Counted from the stretch's first letter, positions 18,860-27,627 are shown. The stretch: DNA of 64,000 nucleotides from Candidatus Falkowbacteria bacterium (GCA_013336275.1 JAAXUA010000001.1:270167-334166), one strand, 5' to 3'. The notes: generated from the letters alone by a model not told the origin. Program-made: numbers and translations.

Positions 18860-20335
18860 TTATTTTATTTGACCGATCAGGCGGCGGCGTTGGCGTTCGC
18901 CGAAATAGCTCACCGCCATCAGCACTAGGCCGCCGCCGATGAAAAAGAGCGAACGGTCAAATAGCTCGTAGCCCCATTGGAAATATTTTACCAATATCAT
19001 TAGCAGGAACAGCGAGAGGCCGAGGTTGATATACTCACCTCTCTTGGCTTCATGCCCCAGCCAGATCATGCCCAAGCTCTCAACGAATACCAGGACATTA
19101 AAGAAGATGACGTAGATGTCCGAAGGGAAAAATATTATGGCCGACGCCAAGGCCATGAGTGACAGGACGGCGACATTACCTCCCAAGTACTGCTCACGCG
19201 TAGTTTCGGTCTCGCGATACCGCCACATCGAAACCAAGGAAATTGAAACTAGCAAGACCAAAGCGATTCCAGACTGCCAAGTCACAGCCTCGAAAGCGGA
19301 GTATTTTCCGGTGAAGAACTCATCGCCTATTTCCTGGAAAGAAAGCAGAAAACTAGTGAAAAAGACAGAGAAAAACCCTAGTACCGTATAGCCCGACTCC
19401 ATCGACTTCCACCTGTCCCACAGCTGATGCATGCGGCCCAAAGAAAAGAGAGCGACACCGTAAAGCAGGGCGACTGCGGCTAGCAGGCTTGGGATCGCCC
19501 GCTCATAATCATAGCCGAGAAGATTGACCCGTCCCCGTCCACCTGCCCAGAGCGAACAAGCGATGAGGAGCCAGATTCCCAAGCCGACAAGATTAAGCGG
19601 CTGGACTCTGGTCGCCTTGATGCGATATGTCAAAGGCACAAGGATGGCGCCGACTATCAAGAGATACCAATAATTAACAGACTGCATCCTGAAGTTGAAA
19701 TCAAGAACATCAAAAAGATCCATACCGGTGTTGGTCCGCAGGAATTGCCATATAAACACCAAGACAGTTGCTAACGCGAGGCTTGATTTGAGTTCCAGCC
19801 CGTAAACTATCGGCAATATCAAGAAAGCCCACCACAGCAAGGTGCTGCCGCTTTCCGTCATGATATTGAATATCTGCTGGATCAGGACGATGGCCGCCCC
19901 AAGCATTAGCGTACCCAGGAAAATAAGCGCCCTGCCGATACGCGGATAGCCGCGCTTGTACTCCATGAAGTACCCTGCTCCATAGACTGACATCAGGATC
20001 GAGAAAATCAGCACGACCTTGGTCCAGCGTCCGATGTCCTGCCAATTCGAGGCGATCATCAGGATTATACCCAAACCCAAGAGCAATGAACCCAAGACCG
20101 CGACAGTAGTAACAAGCTGGCCCTTGCGGTCGCGCGGTTTTGCCGGAACCGGCACCGTCAGCCGCATAACCGCCCCTGCACTGACCTGTTCGAATGCTTG
20201 GTTGATTTCTTCGCTTGACCAACCTTTTCCCTTGAGGGAAGCCTCGATCTGTTCGCGGCTATCGCCCTGGCTGGACGATATTTTGATATAGCTTGATAGC
20301 TCGGGAAAGTTATTCATAAAGATATTTATCCCCAT
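18860..20335 (-). CDS. Polytopic membrane protein, DUF2157/DUF4401-like
   Basis: 491 aa; soluble N-terminus (SREQIEASLKGKGWSSEEINQAFEQV) then about 12 hydrophobic spans. Placed directly upstream of the GDYXXLXY gene with a 1-nt gap. Confidence 0.45.
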   Translation of the reverse strand: MGINIFMNNFPELSSYIKISSSQGDSREQIEASLKGKGWSSEEINQAFEQVSAGAVMRLTVPVPAKPRDRKGQLVTTVAVLGSLLLGLGIILMIASNWQDIGRWTKVVLIFSILMSVYGAGYFMEYKRGYPRIGRALIFLGTLMLGAAIVLIQQIFNIMTESGSTLLWWAFLILPIVYGLELKSSLALATVLVFIWQFLRTNTGMDLFDVLDFNFRMQSVNYWYLLIVGAILVPLTYRIKATRVQPLNLVGLGIWLLIACSLWAGGRGRVNLLGYDYERAIPSLLAAVALLYGVALFSLGRMHQLWDRWKSMESGYTVLGFFSVFFTSFLLSFQEIGDEFFTGKYSAFEAVTWQSGIALVLLVSISLVSMWRYRETETTREQYLGGNVAVLSLMALASAIIFFPSDIYVIFFNVLVFVESLGMIWLGHEAKRGEYINLGLSLFLLMILVKYFQWGYELFDRSLFFIGGGLVLMAVSYFGERQRRRLIGQIK

Positions 20336-20365
20336 TTTCTATAATTATACCACACCTCCGCGATA

Positions 20366-20394
20366 TTGCCTTTAAAGCCAAATTTTATTATAAT
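20366..20394 (+). promoter_or_regulatory. Sigma70-type promoter for the 20419 gene
   Basis: TTGCCT (20366..20371) - 17 nt - TATAAT (20389..20394). Confidence 0.5.
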
Positions 20395-20418
20395 ATGGGG
20401 GTAATAACTAACTACCAT

Positions 20419-21933
20419 ATGAAACAGATCAACCTAAAATTCTTCGGCTACTTTGCCATAATCTTGACTATCGTCGCCACCCTAGCCGTAAAGGCCCAGG
20501 CACAGACCCTTGCGGAGCAGACGTTCAATCCGCATAACATCATCGGCGACGCCGAGGTCCTTGACCACACCGCCATGTCCATGGACGAAGTCCGCAACTT
20601 CCTATCATTGAAAGCCGGCTTTCTCTCGACTTATCAGGCTCCCACTTGTCTTGAATCAGACCTTTATAACCCGACCGGGGCCTACAAGCCTTGCACCGGA
20701 CCGGTCAAGACTGCCGCCGAAATCATCTACGACCGGGCCATTACAAACAAGGTCAATCCGAAATTCCTTATAGTCCTCCTGCAAAAGGAAGGCAGCTTGG
20801 TTGAGCTCAAAACCAAACCGAGCCAGACCCGCGTCGATTGGGCGGTCGGCTATGGCTGCCCGGATTCAGGCGGCTGCAGCCCGCGCTACCAGGGCTTCTG
20901 GAAACAGGTCAACAGCGCTTCCCTGCAATTCCGCGACTATATGGACAACCCCCAGCTCTACAACTACAGGCCGAACCAGACCTATACCGTTTCCAACACC
21001 GGGCGCGAACCGATGGTCGTCACCCCGCAGAACTTAGCCACCGCAGCGCTCTACAACTACACTCCGCACGTCTATAACGGCAACTTCAATTTTTACAACA
21101 TCTGGCAGCGCTACTTCCCCCGCATCACCTCCTCTTATCCCAACGGCTCGCTCTTGCAAGTCGAGGGAGAAAAAGGCGTCTGGCTAATCCAGAACGGAAA
21201 GAAACGGCCCTTCGTTTCCAAAGGCGCCCTTTCCTCGAGATATGACATCTCGCGTATTCTTAAAGTCACTCCCACCCAGCTCGAGTCCTACGTGACTGGT
21301 TCACCGATCAAGTTCCCGCAATACGCCCTGGTCCGCTCACCGAATGGCGGCGTCTTCCTCCTCGACGGCGACTACAAGCGCCCGATTACTTCAGGAGCCT
21401 CGTTCAAAAAGCTCGGTTTCAATCCTGAGGAGGTAGTCAGTGCCAGCTGGAGCGATATCAACACCTATCAGGACGGCTTGCCGATCACCGCGACTTCGAG
21501 CTTCCCGACCGGCGCCCTGCTTCAAGACAAGAAAACCGGCGGCATCTACTGGGTCCAGGACAACACCAAGGCTCCGATCCTTGATCGCGTGATCATCCAG
21601 ACAAAATTCAAAGGCCGCAAAGCCATGCCCGTCTCATCCAAGGAATTGGCCGCTATCCCGACCGTCGCACCGATACTCTTCGAAGATGGCCAACTCTTGA
21701 AATCCTTGACCAGCACCTCCGTCTTCGTTATCGCCGATGGCCAGAAACACCCGATCTATTCTGGAAAGGTTTTCGAAAAGCTCGGCTACAAATGGGAAAA
21801 CGTCATCAACGTCTCGCCAAAAATACTCTACTATTATCCTCAAGGCGAACCGCTCAAGGAGCCTCAAGCAACGGCTCAGCCACCACTGGTGAGCGACCAA
21901 GCCAGCGCCGATAATACTATTTCTAAAAGCTAA
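20419..21933 (+). CDS. Secreted protein: N-terminal domain plus four ~55-aa repeats
   Basis: Start moved to MKQINLKFFGYFAIILTIVATLAVKAQA (signal peptide), because the ATG at 20395 directly abuts the TATAAT box. Repeats: GVWLIQNGKKRPF.., GGVFLLDGDYKRPI.., GGIYWVQDNTKAPI.., SVFVIADGQKHPI... Confidence 0.5.
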   Translation: MKQINLKFFGYFAIILTIVATLAVKAQAQTLAEQTFNPHNIIGDAEVLDHTAMSMDEVRNFLSLKAGFLSTYQAPTCLESDLYNPTGAYKPCTGPVKTAAEIIYDRAITNKVNPKFLIVLLQKEGSLVELKTKPSQTRVDWAVGYGCPDSGGCSPRYQGFWKQVNSASLQFRDYMDNPQLYNYRPNQTYTVSNTGREPMVVTPQNLATAALYNYTPHVYNGNFNFYNIWQRYFPRITSSYPNGSLLQVEGEKGVWLIQNGKKRPFVSKGALSSRYDISRILKVTPTQLESYVTGSPIKFPQYALVRSPNGGVFLLDGDYKRPITSGASFKKLGFNPEEVVSASWSDINTYQDGLPITATSSFPTGALLQDKKTGGIYWVQDNTKAPILDRVIIQTKFKGRKAMPVSSKELAAIPTVAPILFEDGQLLKSLTSTSVFVIADGQKHPIYSGKVFEKLGYKWENVINVSPKILYYYPQGEPLKEPQATAQPPLVSDQASADNTISKS

Positions 21934-21937
21934 TCTT

Positions 21938-22729
21938 ATGTCTATCGTCTTCGCGGCGATCGTTCCCCACCCGCCCCTATTAATTCCTGCCATCGGCAAA
22001 GAAAACGCCGCGCGGCTCAAGGCTACTGATGATGCTTACAAGAAACTCAAAGAAAACCTCTACGCCAGCAAGGCGGATACTATCCTGATGATTTCCCCGC
22101 ACGGATTGGTCCAGGGAAAGACTTTCTCCATGAACTTAAGTCCGGAATTCCAGGCAAATTTCGAGCATTTCGGCGACTTCGCCACCAGATTCACCGTCCA
22201 GGGCGATGTCGGCCTGGCCCATCGCATCCGCGAAAATCTCGAGACCAAGGCCCCGCTCCAACTGATCAGCCAGCCCGATCTCGACTACGGCTCAGGCATC
22301 CCGTTGTTCCTTTTGACACCTCCCGGGACACCGCAATACAAGGTCATTCCTCTATACTACTCGGGCCTCGACTTCGAAGCCCATTTTCGCTTCGGACAGC
22401 TTCTGAAACGCGAACTGCTTTACAGCCAAAACCGCATCGCCGTCATCGCTTCTGGTGATCTGTCACACCGCCTGACCAAAGAAGCCCCGGCCGGCTACTC
22501 GCCGAAAGCCGCTAAGTTCGACCAAAAAGTTGTAGAATCAATCACCAAAAACCAGCCCGAAGAACTATTGAATATGAACCATATCCTCATCCGCGAAGCC
22601 AACGAATGCGGTCTCAAATCCATTCTCATTCTCATGGGCATTCTCGACGGCATCAACCACGAGCCGGAACGCCTAGCCTACGAAGCGCCCTTCGGCGTCG
22701 GCTACCTCACCATGAACTTCAAATTGTAG
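21938..22729 (+). CDS. Class III extradiol dioxygenase (LigB) superfamily protein
   Basis: 263 aa; MSIVFAAIVPHPPLLIP..., ILMISPHG, ASGDLSHRL. Confidence 0.55.
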   Translation: MSIVFAAIVPHPPLLIPAIGKENAARLKATDDAYKKLKENLYASKADTILMISPHGLVQGKTFSMNLSPEFQANFEHFGDFATRFTVQGDVGLAHRIRENLETKAPLQLISQPDLDYGSGIPLFLLTPPGTPQYKVIPLYYSGLDFEAHFRFGQLLKRELLYSQNRIAVIASGDLSHRLTKEAPAGYSPKAAKFDQKVVESITKNQPEELLNMNHILIREANECGLKSILILMGILDGINHEPERLAYEAPFGVGYLTMNFKL

Positions 22730-22782
22730 TTCGCCTAATAACGAGCTAGCTGAAATACATGTTGAGCAAATAATCATTTTAA

Positions 22783-23202
22783 ATGGCTGAGAAAAAGTCG
22801 AAACTAGCTGAAATAAAAACCAAGCCCACCTCGGCAAGCGTGGAGGATTTCATCAATAACATTGATGACGAACAAAAGCGCAAAGACAGTTTTGTGCTTT
22901 TGGAAATGATGAGAAAAGCGACGGGAGAAAATCCCGTGCTATGGAGCAGCTCGATTATCGGTTTCGGGAATAAACGATACAAAAGTCCTGCTACTGGCAG
23001 AGAGGTCGATTGGCTTCAGATAGGTTTCTCTCCTCGTAAAGCTAACCTGTCGCTGTATCTGAGCGTAAATATCGTGAAGCATGCTGCCGCACTAAAAAAA
23101 TTAGGAAAACATAAAACTGGCGTCGGTTGCCTCTACATAAACAAGCTGACGGATATTGATATGAAGGTTCTAAAGGAAATCATTGATGCATCATTAAAGT
23201 GA
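22783..23202 (+). CDS. DUF1801 (YdhG-like) domain protein
   Basis: 139 aa; SVEDFINNIDDEQKRKDSFVLLEMMRKATGENPVLWSSSIIGFG. Confidence 0.55.
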   Translation: MAEKKSKLAEIKTKPTSASVEDFINNIDDEQKRKDSFVLLEMMRKATGENPVLWSSSIIGFGNKRYKSPATGREVDWLQIGFSPRKANLSLYLSVNIVKHAAALKKLGKHKTGVGCLYINKLTDIDMKVLKEIIDASLK

Positions 23203-23230
23203 CCGCGGAATAGTCTCTCAAGCAACCATT

Positions 23231-23260
23231 CAAAAACAGCCCGACTAAGGCTGTTTTTTC
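23231..23260. terminator. Bidirectional terminator overlapping the 3' end of the 23245 gene
   Basis: AAAAACAGCC-cgactaa-GGCTGTTTTTT. Confidence 0.65.
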
Positions 23261-23556
23261 GTTTCCGGATCGTCAGGTTTTTTTTCTATGACCTTGAAGA
23301 AATACTTCCACTTTTCTCCGGTCTGGCAGAGTTCCTTGGTATCATTAAGCGCCTGCATCACGATCACCTTGTTGTATTGCTTACAGACCCTGAAAACCGA
23401 GTTGCGCTTGAAGTTGGGCACGGCCAATTCCTTGATTATCTGCAACGCCAAATCCTGCCACTCGTAGGCCGGTGGTTTTTTGGCAGGAATTTTGTTCCTA
23501 TTCTTGAAGATGTCCCCGAAAGATTGGAATCCTTCGTCTATTTTTACATCTGACAT
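23245..23556 (-). CDS. Hypothetical protein
   Basis: 103-aa ORF with no recognised motif. Confidence 0.4.
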   Translation of the reverse strand: MSDVKIDEGFQSFGDIFKNRNKIPAKKPPAYEWQDLALQIIKELAVPNFKRNSVFRVCKQYNKVIVMQALNDTKELCQTGEKWKYFFKVIEKKPDDPETKKQP

Positions 23557-23598
23557 AAAGATATGCTAAGTATAACAGGCTGCCCGGCGCCTGTTAAG

Positions 23599-23627
23599 TT
23601 GACAAAAACGTCATTTAATGATTAAAT
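23599..23627 (+). promoter_or_regulatory. Candidate promoter of def-fmt
   Basis: TTGACA (23599..23604) - 17 nt - TTAAAT. Confidence 0.4.
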
Positions 23628-23652
23628 AAACTAGCTAAATAATCTCAAAAAT

Positions 23653-24135
23653 ATGCCCGATATACTTAAAATCCTGACTCACCCCGACCCGCGGCTGCGC
23701 AAGATGTCGACCGAGGTCGAGATCAAAGAACTCAACTCTAAAGAGCTCAAAAAGCTGATTGCCGATATGAAGCGCACGATGGTCGAAAAGGACGGCGTCG
23801 GTCTGGCCGCACCTCAGGTTGGCCACAACATCCGTCTCATCACTATCAACACCGACCAAGGGCCGATCTGCCTGGTCAATCCCAAGATAACCAAGCGTTC
23901 CTGGGCCAAAGAAACCCAAGAGGAGGGCTGCCTTTCTGTACCCGACATCTTCCACAAGATCAGCCGTCACAAGAAGATCTGCTGCAAGTTTACCACCGAA
24001 CTGAACAAGCAAGGCATCATCGAGGCCGAGGGCTTGATTGCCCGAGGACTCCAGCACGAAATCGACCACTTGGACGGCGTGTTGTTCATCGATTATCTAG
24101 ACCCCAAGAAGACCGCCACGAAAAAGAAAAAATAA
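23653..24135 (+). CDS. def: Peptide deformylase
   Basis: GVGLAAPQVG, EGCLSVP and HEIDHLDG motifs. Confidence 0.95.
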   Translation: MPDILKILTHPDPRLRKMSTEVEIKELNSKELKKLIADMKRTMVEKDGVGLAAPQVGHNIRLITINTDQGPICLVNPKITKRSWAKETQEEGCLSVPDIFHKISRHKKICCKFTTELNKQGIIEAEGLIARGLQHEIDHLDGVLFIDYLDPKKTATKKKK

Positions 24136-24140
24136 ACCAC

Positions 24141-25076
24141 ATGACGCCTATCCGGACAATTTTTATCGGCACCCCAGCCTTCAGCGTGCCCACCCTCGAA
24201 GCCTTGGTCAATGACCGCGACTTTGATGTTGTCGCCGTCATCAGCCAGCCTGACCGGCCCATCGGCCGCAAGCAGATCATTACGCCGACTCCGGTCAAAG
24301 AGGCGGCCGCAAAATATGGTTTGCCGATTTACCAACCTGAAAAGATCAGTGAAATCTTGTCCCAGCTTACCGAGCTCAAGCCCGATGTCATCGTAGTCGT
24401 AGCCTATGCCCAGATCATCCCCGAATCGGTCCTGAACCTCCCCCGCTACGGCTGCATCAATATCCATGCTTCCCTCCTTCCGAAATATCGCGGCGCGGCC
24501 GTCTTGCAGGCACCGATACTTCACGGCGACCAGGAGACGGGCGTCACCATCATGAAGATGGATAAGTCACTGGATACTGGCCCCGTCATCTTCCAAGCCA
24601 AAATCGAGCTCGACCCCGAGGAGACGCCTTTGACCTTGGCTGACAAACTATCACCCCTGGGCGCCTCGATATTGCCAGACGTCCTCAAGCGCTACATTTC
24701 GGGCGAGTTGCAGCCCCACCAACAGAATAACGAGCTGGCTAGCTACGTCAAAACCTTGACCAAGGACGACGGGCGCATCGATTGGTCCCACTCGGCCCAT
24801 CGGCTTGAGCGGCAGATCCGAGCCATGACTCCCTGGCCTGGTACCTGGACAACGTGGCAAGGGCAAATCCTGAAGATTACCAAAGTCGAACACGCTCCCC
24901 ACCGCATCGAACAATACCGCCATGGCGAGGTCTTCATCGATCACGGCCATATGGCCATCCAGTGCGGCATCGACTCGTTGATCGTCGAGCGCTTGCAGCT
25001 TGAAGGCAAATCAGCGGTCAGCGCTAGCGAGTTTTTACGTGGCTACCCCGAAATCGTCCATACGGTTTTGACATAA
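24141..25076 (+). CDS. fmt: Methionyl-tRNA formyltransferase
   Basis: 311 aa; FIGTPAFSVPTLEAL, NIHASLLPKYRGAA, C-terminal Fmt domain; immediately follows def. Confidence 0.95.
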   Translation: MTPIRTIFIGTPAFSVPTLEALVNDRDFDVVAVISQPDRPIGRKQIITPTPVKEAAAKYGLPIYQPEKISEILSQLTELKPDVIVVVAYAQIIPESVLNLPRYGCINIHASLLPKYRGAAVLQAPILHGDQETGVTIMKMDKSLDTGPVIFQAKIELDPEETPLTLADKLSPLGASILPDVLKRYISGELQPHQQNNELASYVKTLTKDDGRIDWSHSAHRLERQIRAMTPWPGTWTTWQGQILKITKVEHAPHRIEQYRHGEVFIDHGHMAIQCGIDSLIVERLQLEGKSAVSASEFLRGYPEIVHTVLT

Positions 25077-25155
25077 TCTGAGTTTTGTTCTATACTATTT
25101 TCTATAAAATACCCTCACCACAAGGGCTATTTTATTTGAAAAAACCGACAATTTT

Positions 25156-25230
25156 GGCGCTATCGTCTAGTGGTTAGGACATCAGGTTCTCATCCTGGTA
25201 ACCGGGGTTCGATTCCCCGTAGCGCTACCA
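25156..25230 (+). tRNA. tRNA-Glu (anticodon CTC), CCA encoded
   Basis: Hand-folded cloverleaf. Acceptor GGCGCTA/TAGCGCT (G1-T72 wobble), D-arm GTCT-AGTGGTTA-GGAC, anticodon arm TCAGG-TTCTCAT-CCTGG, T-arm CGGGG-TTCGATT-CCCCG, then A-CCA. Confidence 0.9.
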
Positions 25231-25239
25231 ATACAAAAA

Positions 25240-25265
25240 GGGACTGGCACAACCAGTCTCTTTTT
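25240..25265 (+). terminator. Terminator after tRNA-Glu
   Basis: GGGACTGG-cacaa-CCAGTCTC-TTTTT. Confidence 0.65.
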
Positions 25266-25395
25266 ATATTGGTACGGTTGCGTGGTTGAGGACTTCGGGC
25301 TGATAAAGTAGCCAACATGAATGGATGAGAAATAGAATGAAATGCGTTAAGAAACCAACTGGAATACTGACGGTGTGGGGCTTCCGCCCCGGTGA

Positions 25396-25426
25396 GATTC
25401 CCCGTAGCGCTACAAAAATACAAAAA
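25396..25426 (+). repeat. Duplicated 3' end of tRNA-Glu (att-like direct repeat)
   Basis: GATTCCCCGTAGCGCTAC at 25396..25413 is 18/18 identical to 25211..25228. Both copies are followed within a few nt by ATACAAAAA and a terminator hairpin. Confidence 0.8.
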
Positions 25427-25457
25427 CAGACTACCTGATAAGGCGGTCTGTTTTTTT
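25427..25457 (+). terminator. Second terminator-like hairpin after the tRNA fragment
   Basis: CAGACTACC-tgataa-GGCGGTCTG-TTTTTTT. Confidence 0.6.
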
Positions 25458-25465
25458 GCATAATA

Positions 25466-25494
25466 TTGACAAATACTATAAAATATGCTAGAAT
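25466..25494 (+). promoter_or_regulatory. Sigma70-type promoter with extended -10
   Basis: TTGACA (25466..25471) - 17 nt - (TGC)TAGAAT (25489..25494). About 110-nt leader to the ATG at 25612. Confidence 0.6.
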
Positions 25495-25611
25495 ATAACA
25501 TTGCTTTTTGCACGTTCATTCACACCTAGTGTTTCATAAAAACCTTGGCAAACAAAGTAATTTCACTCTAACCGTATTCGAAAGGATACACACCAACCAC
25601 GGGGAGGCATT

Positions 25612-26208
25612 ATGCACTGGTTCAGAAATCTTGGCACATTAGGAAAGATTGGTATCGTCGTCGGCTCTATCGTGACCCTGGCCTTGCTTGGGCTGTTTGT
25701 TTTCTGGCTCGGCTGGGTCAACTTCGTTGACAACTACCAGCTCGCCTACAAATTCGACAAGCTCGACAAAACCGGCAAAATCCAGATTCTGAAGGAAACT
25801 CAACACGACGGCAAGGTGAACTACGAAAGAGGCTGGATTGTTACCACACCTATCGCCGTCAAGGTGCACACTGTTGATCTGCGCCCGATGCAGGTCTGCA
25901 TGAATGCCAACTCGAGAGTGCTTAACTGCAAGCTAGTGGAGTTCAACCCCGATGGGCTTGAGCTGTTTCTCAGCTGGCACGGACGCAACGACTACGAAGG
26001 CCCTTCATCATCCGGCTCGGGTGGAACATCGACCCAAGGCGCAACCCACAGTACGACGAAATTCAGCGAAATACTCACGAGCTACGCGTACGATGGCAAT
26101 GAGTACCCCTTCCTGACCATCATCAAGGAACTCAAACCCGAAACGATTAACAACCCCGTCAAGACATCCCAGGCCCTCGCACCGAAGGCGGAGGAGGATA
26201 AAAAATGA
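25612..26208 (+). CDS. Membrane-anchored hypothetical protein (paralog A)
   Basis: N-terminal TM span IGIVVGSIVTLALLGLFVFWLGW; VDLRPMQVCMNANSRVLNCKLVEFNP; GGGGAGG SD at 25601..25607. Confidence 0.5.
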   Translation: MHWFRNLGTLGKIGIVVGSIVTLALLGLFVFWLGWVNFVDNYQLAYKFDKLDKTGKIQILKETQHDGKVNYERGWIVTTPIAVKVHTVDLRPMQVCMNANSRVLNCKLVEFNPDGLELFLSWHGRNDYEGPSSSGSGGTSTQGATHSTTKFSEILTSYAYDGNEYPFLTIIKELKPETINNPVKTSQALAPKAEEDKK

Positions 26209-26660
26209 GCGCCATCAAGCGGCTTTTAGCCGGTCTCGGCCTCTGTTCAGTCATCATTGCCACTTTCTACACCGCAATGATCCACTATCAGGAACAATAC
26301 GAAGTCGCCATCATGTGGAACAAGATTTCCGGCCATTTCTGGCTGGAGGAGCGTGGGGGTTTTCACCGGTCAGCACCTTGGGTGCTCGCAGCCAAGATCG
26401 ATTTGCGGCCAAACCGTGTCGCCGTTACCTCGGCCAGCCGAAGTTACAACAGCAAGCTGGTGCAATTCGACCCCAAGTTTTACCGTGAATTCGTCGCCCT
26501 TGAAGGCACCCGCTACTACTGGTGGTCCAATCGGATCTCCTTCAACCTCGGATATTCCGAAGAATACCGCGGGATGAAGGACATTCTTCGCGGGTATACC
26601 TACGCAATGAAACACTATCCTTTCATCAAAGTCGTCAAAGAATTCGACGACTTGAACTGA
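26205..26660 (+). CDS. Membrane-anchored hypothetical protein (paralog B)
   Basis: N-terminal TM span; IDLRPNRVAVTSASRSYNSKLVQFDP parallels paralog A. ATGA overlap with the upstream gene; GAGGAGG at 26191..26197. Confidence 0.5.
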   Translation: MSAIKRLLAGLGLCSVIIATFYTAMIHYQEQYEVAIMWNKISGHFWLEERGGFHRSAPWVLAAKIDLRPNRVAVTSASRSYNSKLVQFDPKFYREFVALEGTRYYWWSNRISFNLGYSEEYRGMKDILRGYTYAMKHYPFIKVVKEFDDLN

Positions 26661-26666
26661 ACAGAC

Positions 26667-26694
26667 AGGGGACGCACAGAGCGTCCCCTTTTTT
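26667..26694 (+). terminator. Rho-independent terminator
   Basis: AGGGGACGC-acaga-GCGTCCCCT-TTTTT. Confidence 0.75.
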
Positions 26695-26712
26695 CATCTT
26701 GACATGGTCCCA

Positions 26713-26741
26713 TTGACATTTTTACATATTTATGCTAAGGT
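26713..26741 (+). promoter_or_regulatory. Candidate promoter (TTGACATTTTTACA type)
   Basis: TTGACA (26713..26718) - 17 nt - (TGC)TAAGGT. A second TTGACA sits at 26699..26704. Confidence 0.35.
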
Positions 26742-26800
26742 TTGCTTACTTGAATGGCCCGAACGGCCGTTCTTTTTTATTGGGTAAAGCCTGATACCGC

Positions 26801-27556
26801 ATGAAAAATCGCCTCAAACAACTGAAGCGTCATAAACAATTGAAACTCAAACGCAGGTTCCGTTCCCCGGAATGCCAGCTTAATGCATGTGCTCCGGCGA
26901 CCCTGCCCATCTTCCTGCAAAAGAAAGGTCTCTTCAGCCTGCTGATCGTCAGCATCGCCTGTTTTTTCGTTTTCTTGCCCCAGAATGACATCGACGAGCT
27001 TCATTACTATCTATACGCCGGCAGCAAGAAACCGACCCGAGGCTGCCTCCCTGGACCCTATTCTTCATTTAAAAACTCTGAGAATGCCGAATGCCTACCC
27101 ACTCCGATCGCTAAAAATGGCCCTCTGAGAGACATGGTTGTTTCTATCGTCAAACACACTCCGATGGAAAAGATGGTCGACGCAATCGCTGAACGGGAGA
27201 CGAAAGTCGTCGCTTACCTTGTTGGCATCGCCATGAAGGAAAGCAAGTTCGGGATTTACTCACCCAAAAAGGACGGCGCGGAATGCTACAACTACTGGGG
27301 TTACCGCGGCAAAGAGAATACGACTGCCAGCGGCTACTCTTGTTTCGATTCTCCGGAACACGCCATCAAGGTCGTAGGTGACCGCATCGAATCGATGGTC
27401 AAGCGCGGGGCCCGCAATCCGGCCGAGATGATCTCTTGGAAGTGCGGCAGCACCTGTGCCGGCCACGACCCTGAAAGCGTGCGCAAGTGGATTGCCGACG
27501 TGTCCATCCACTACCACCAAATCAGCTCGTCCGAGCAGATCGCCAAGAATAAATAA
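26801..27556 (+). CDS. Membrane-anchored protein, possibly lysozyme/transglycosylase-like
   Basis: Basic N-terminus, TM span GLFSLLIVSIACFFVFL. LVGIAMKESKFG...NYWGYRG weakly recalls SLT-type E-S catalytic contexts. Confidence 0.35.
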   Translation: MKNRLKQLKRHKQLKLKRRFRSPECQLNACAPATLPIFLQKKGLFSLLIVSIACFFVFLPQNDIDELHYYLYAGSKKPTRGCLPGPYSSFKNSENAECLPTPIAKNGPLRDMVVSIVKHTPMEKMVDAIAERETKVVAYLVGIAMKESKFGIYSPKKDGAECYNYWGYRGKENTTASGYSCFDSPEHAIKVVGDRIESMVKRGARNPAEMISWKCGSTCAGHDPESVRKWIADVSIHYHQISSSEQIAKNK

Positions 27557-27575
27557 ACCCTACGTTTTAAAATAA

Positions 27576-27609
27576 GAAAAAGCCGCCTGTTTCCAAGCGG
27601 CCTTTTTTT
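27576..27609. terminator. Bidirectional terminator between convergent genes
   Basis: AAAAAGCCGC-ctgtttccaa-GCGGCC-TTTTTTT. Confidence 0.6.
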
Positions 27610-27627
27610 ATGCAATGTACTGTTTTT

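Noticed and set aside
25190-25519. 109-aa minus-strand ORF overlapping tRNA-Glu and the duplicated fragment.
   Set aside because: It overlaps a tRNA gene, two terminators and a promoter, and has a low-complexity translation. It is very unlikely to be coding.
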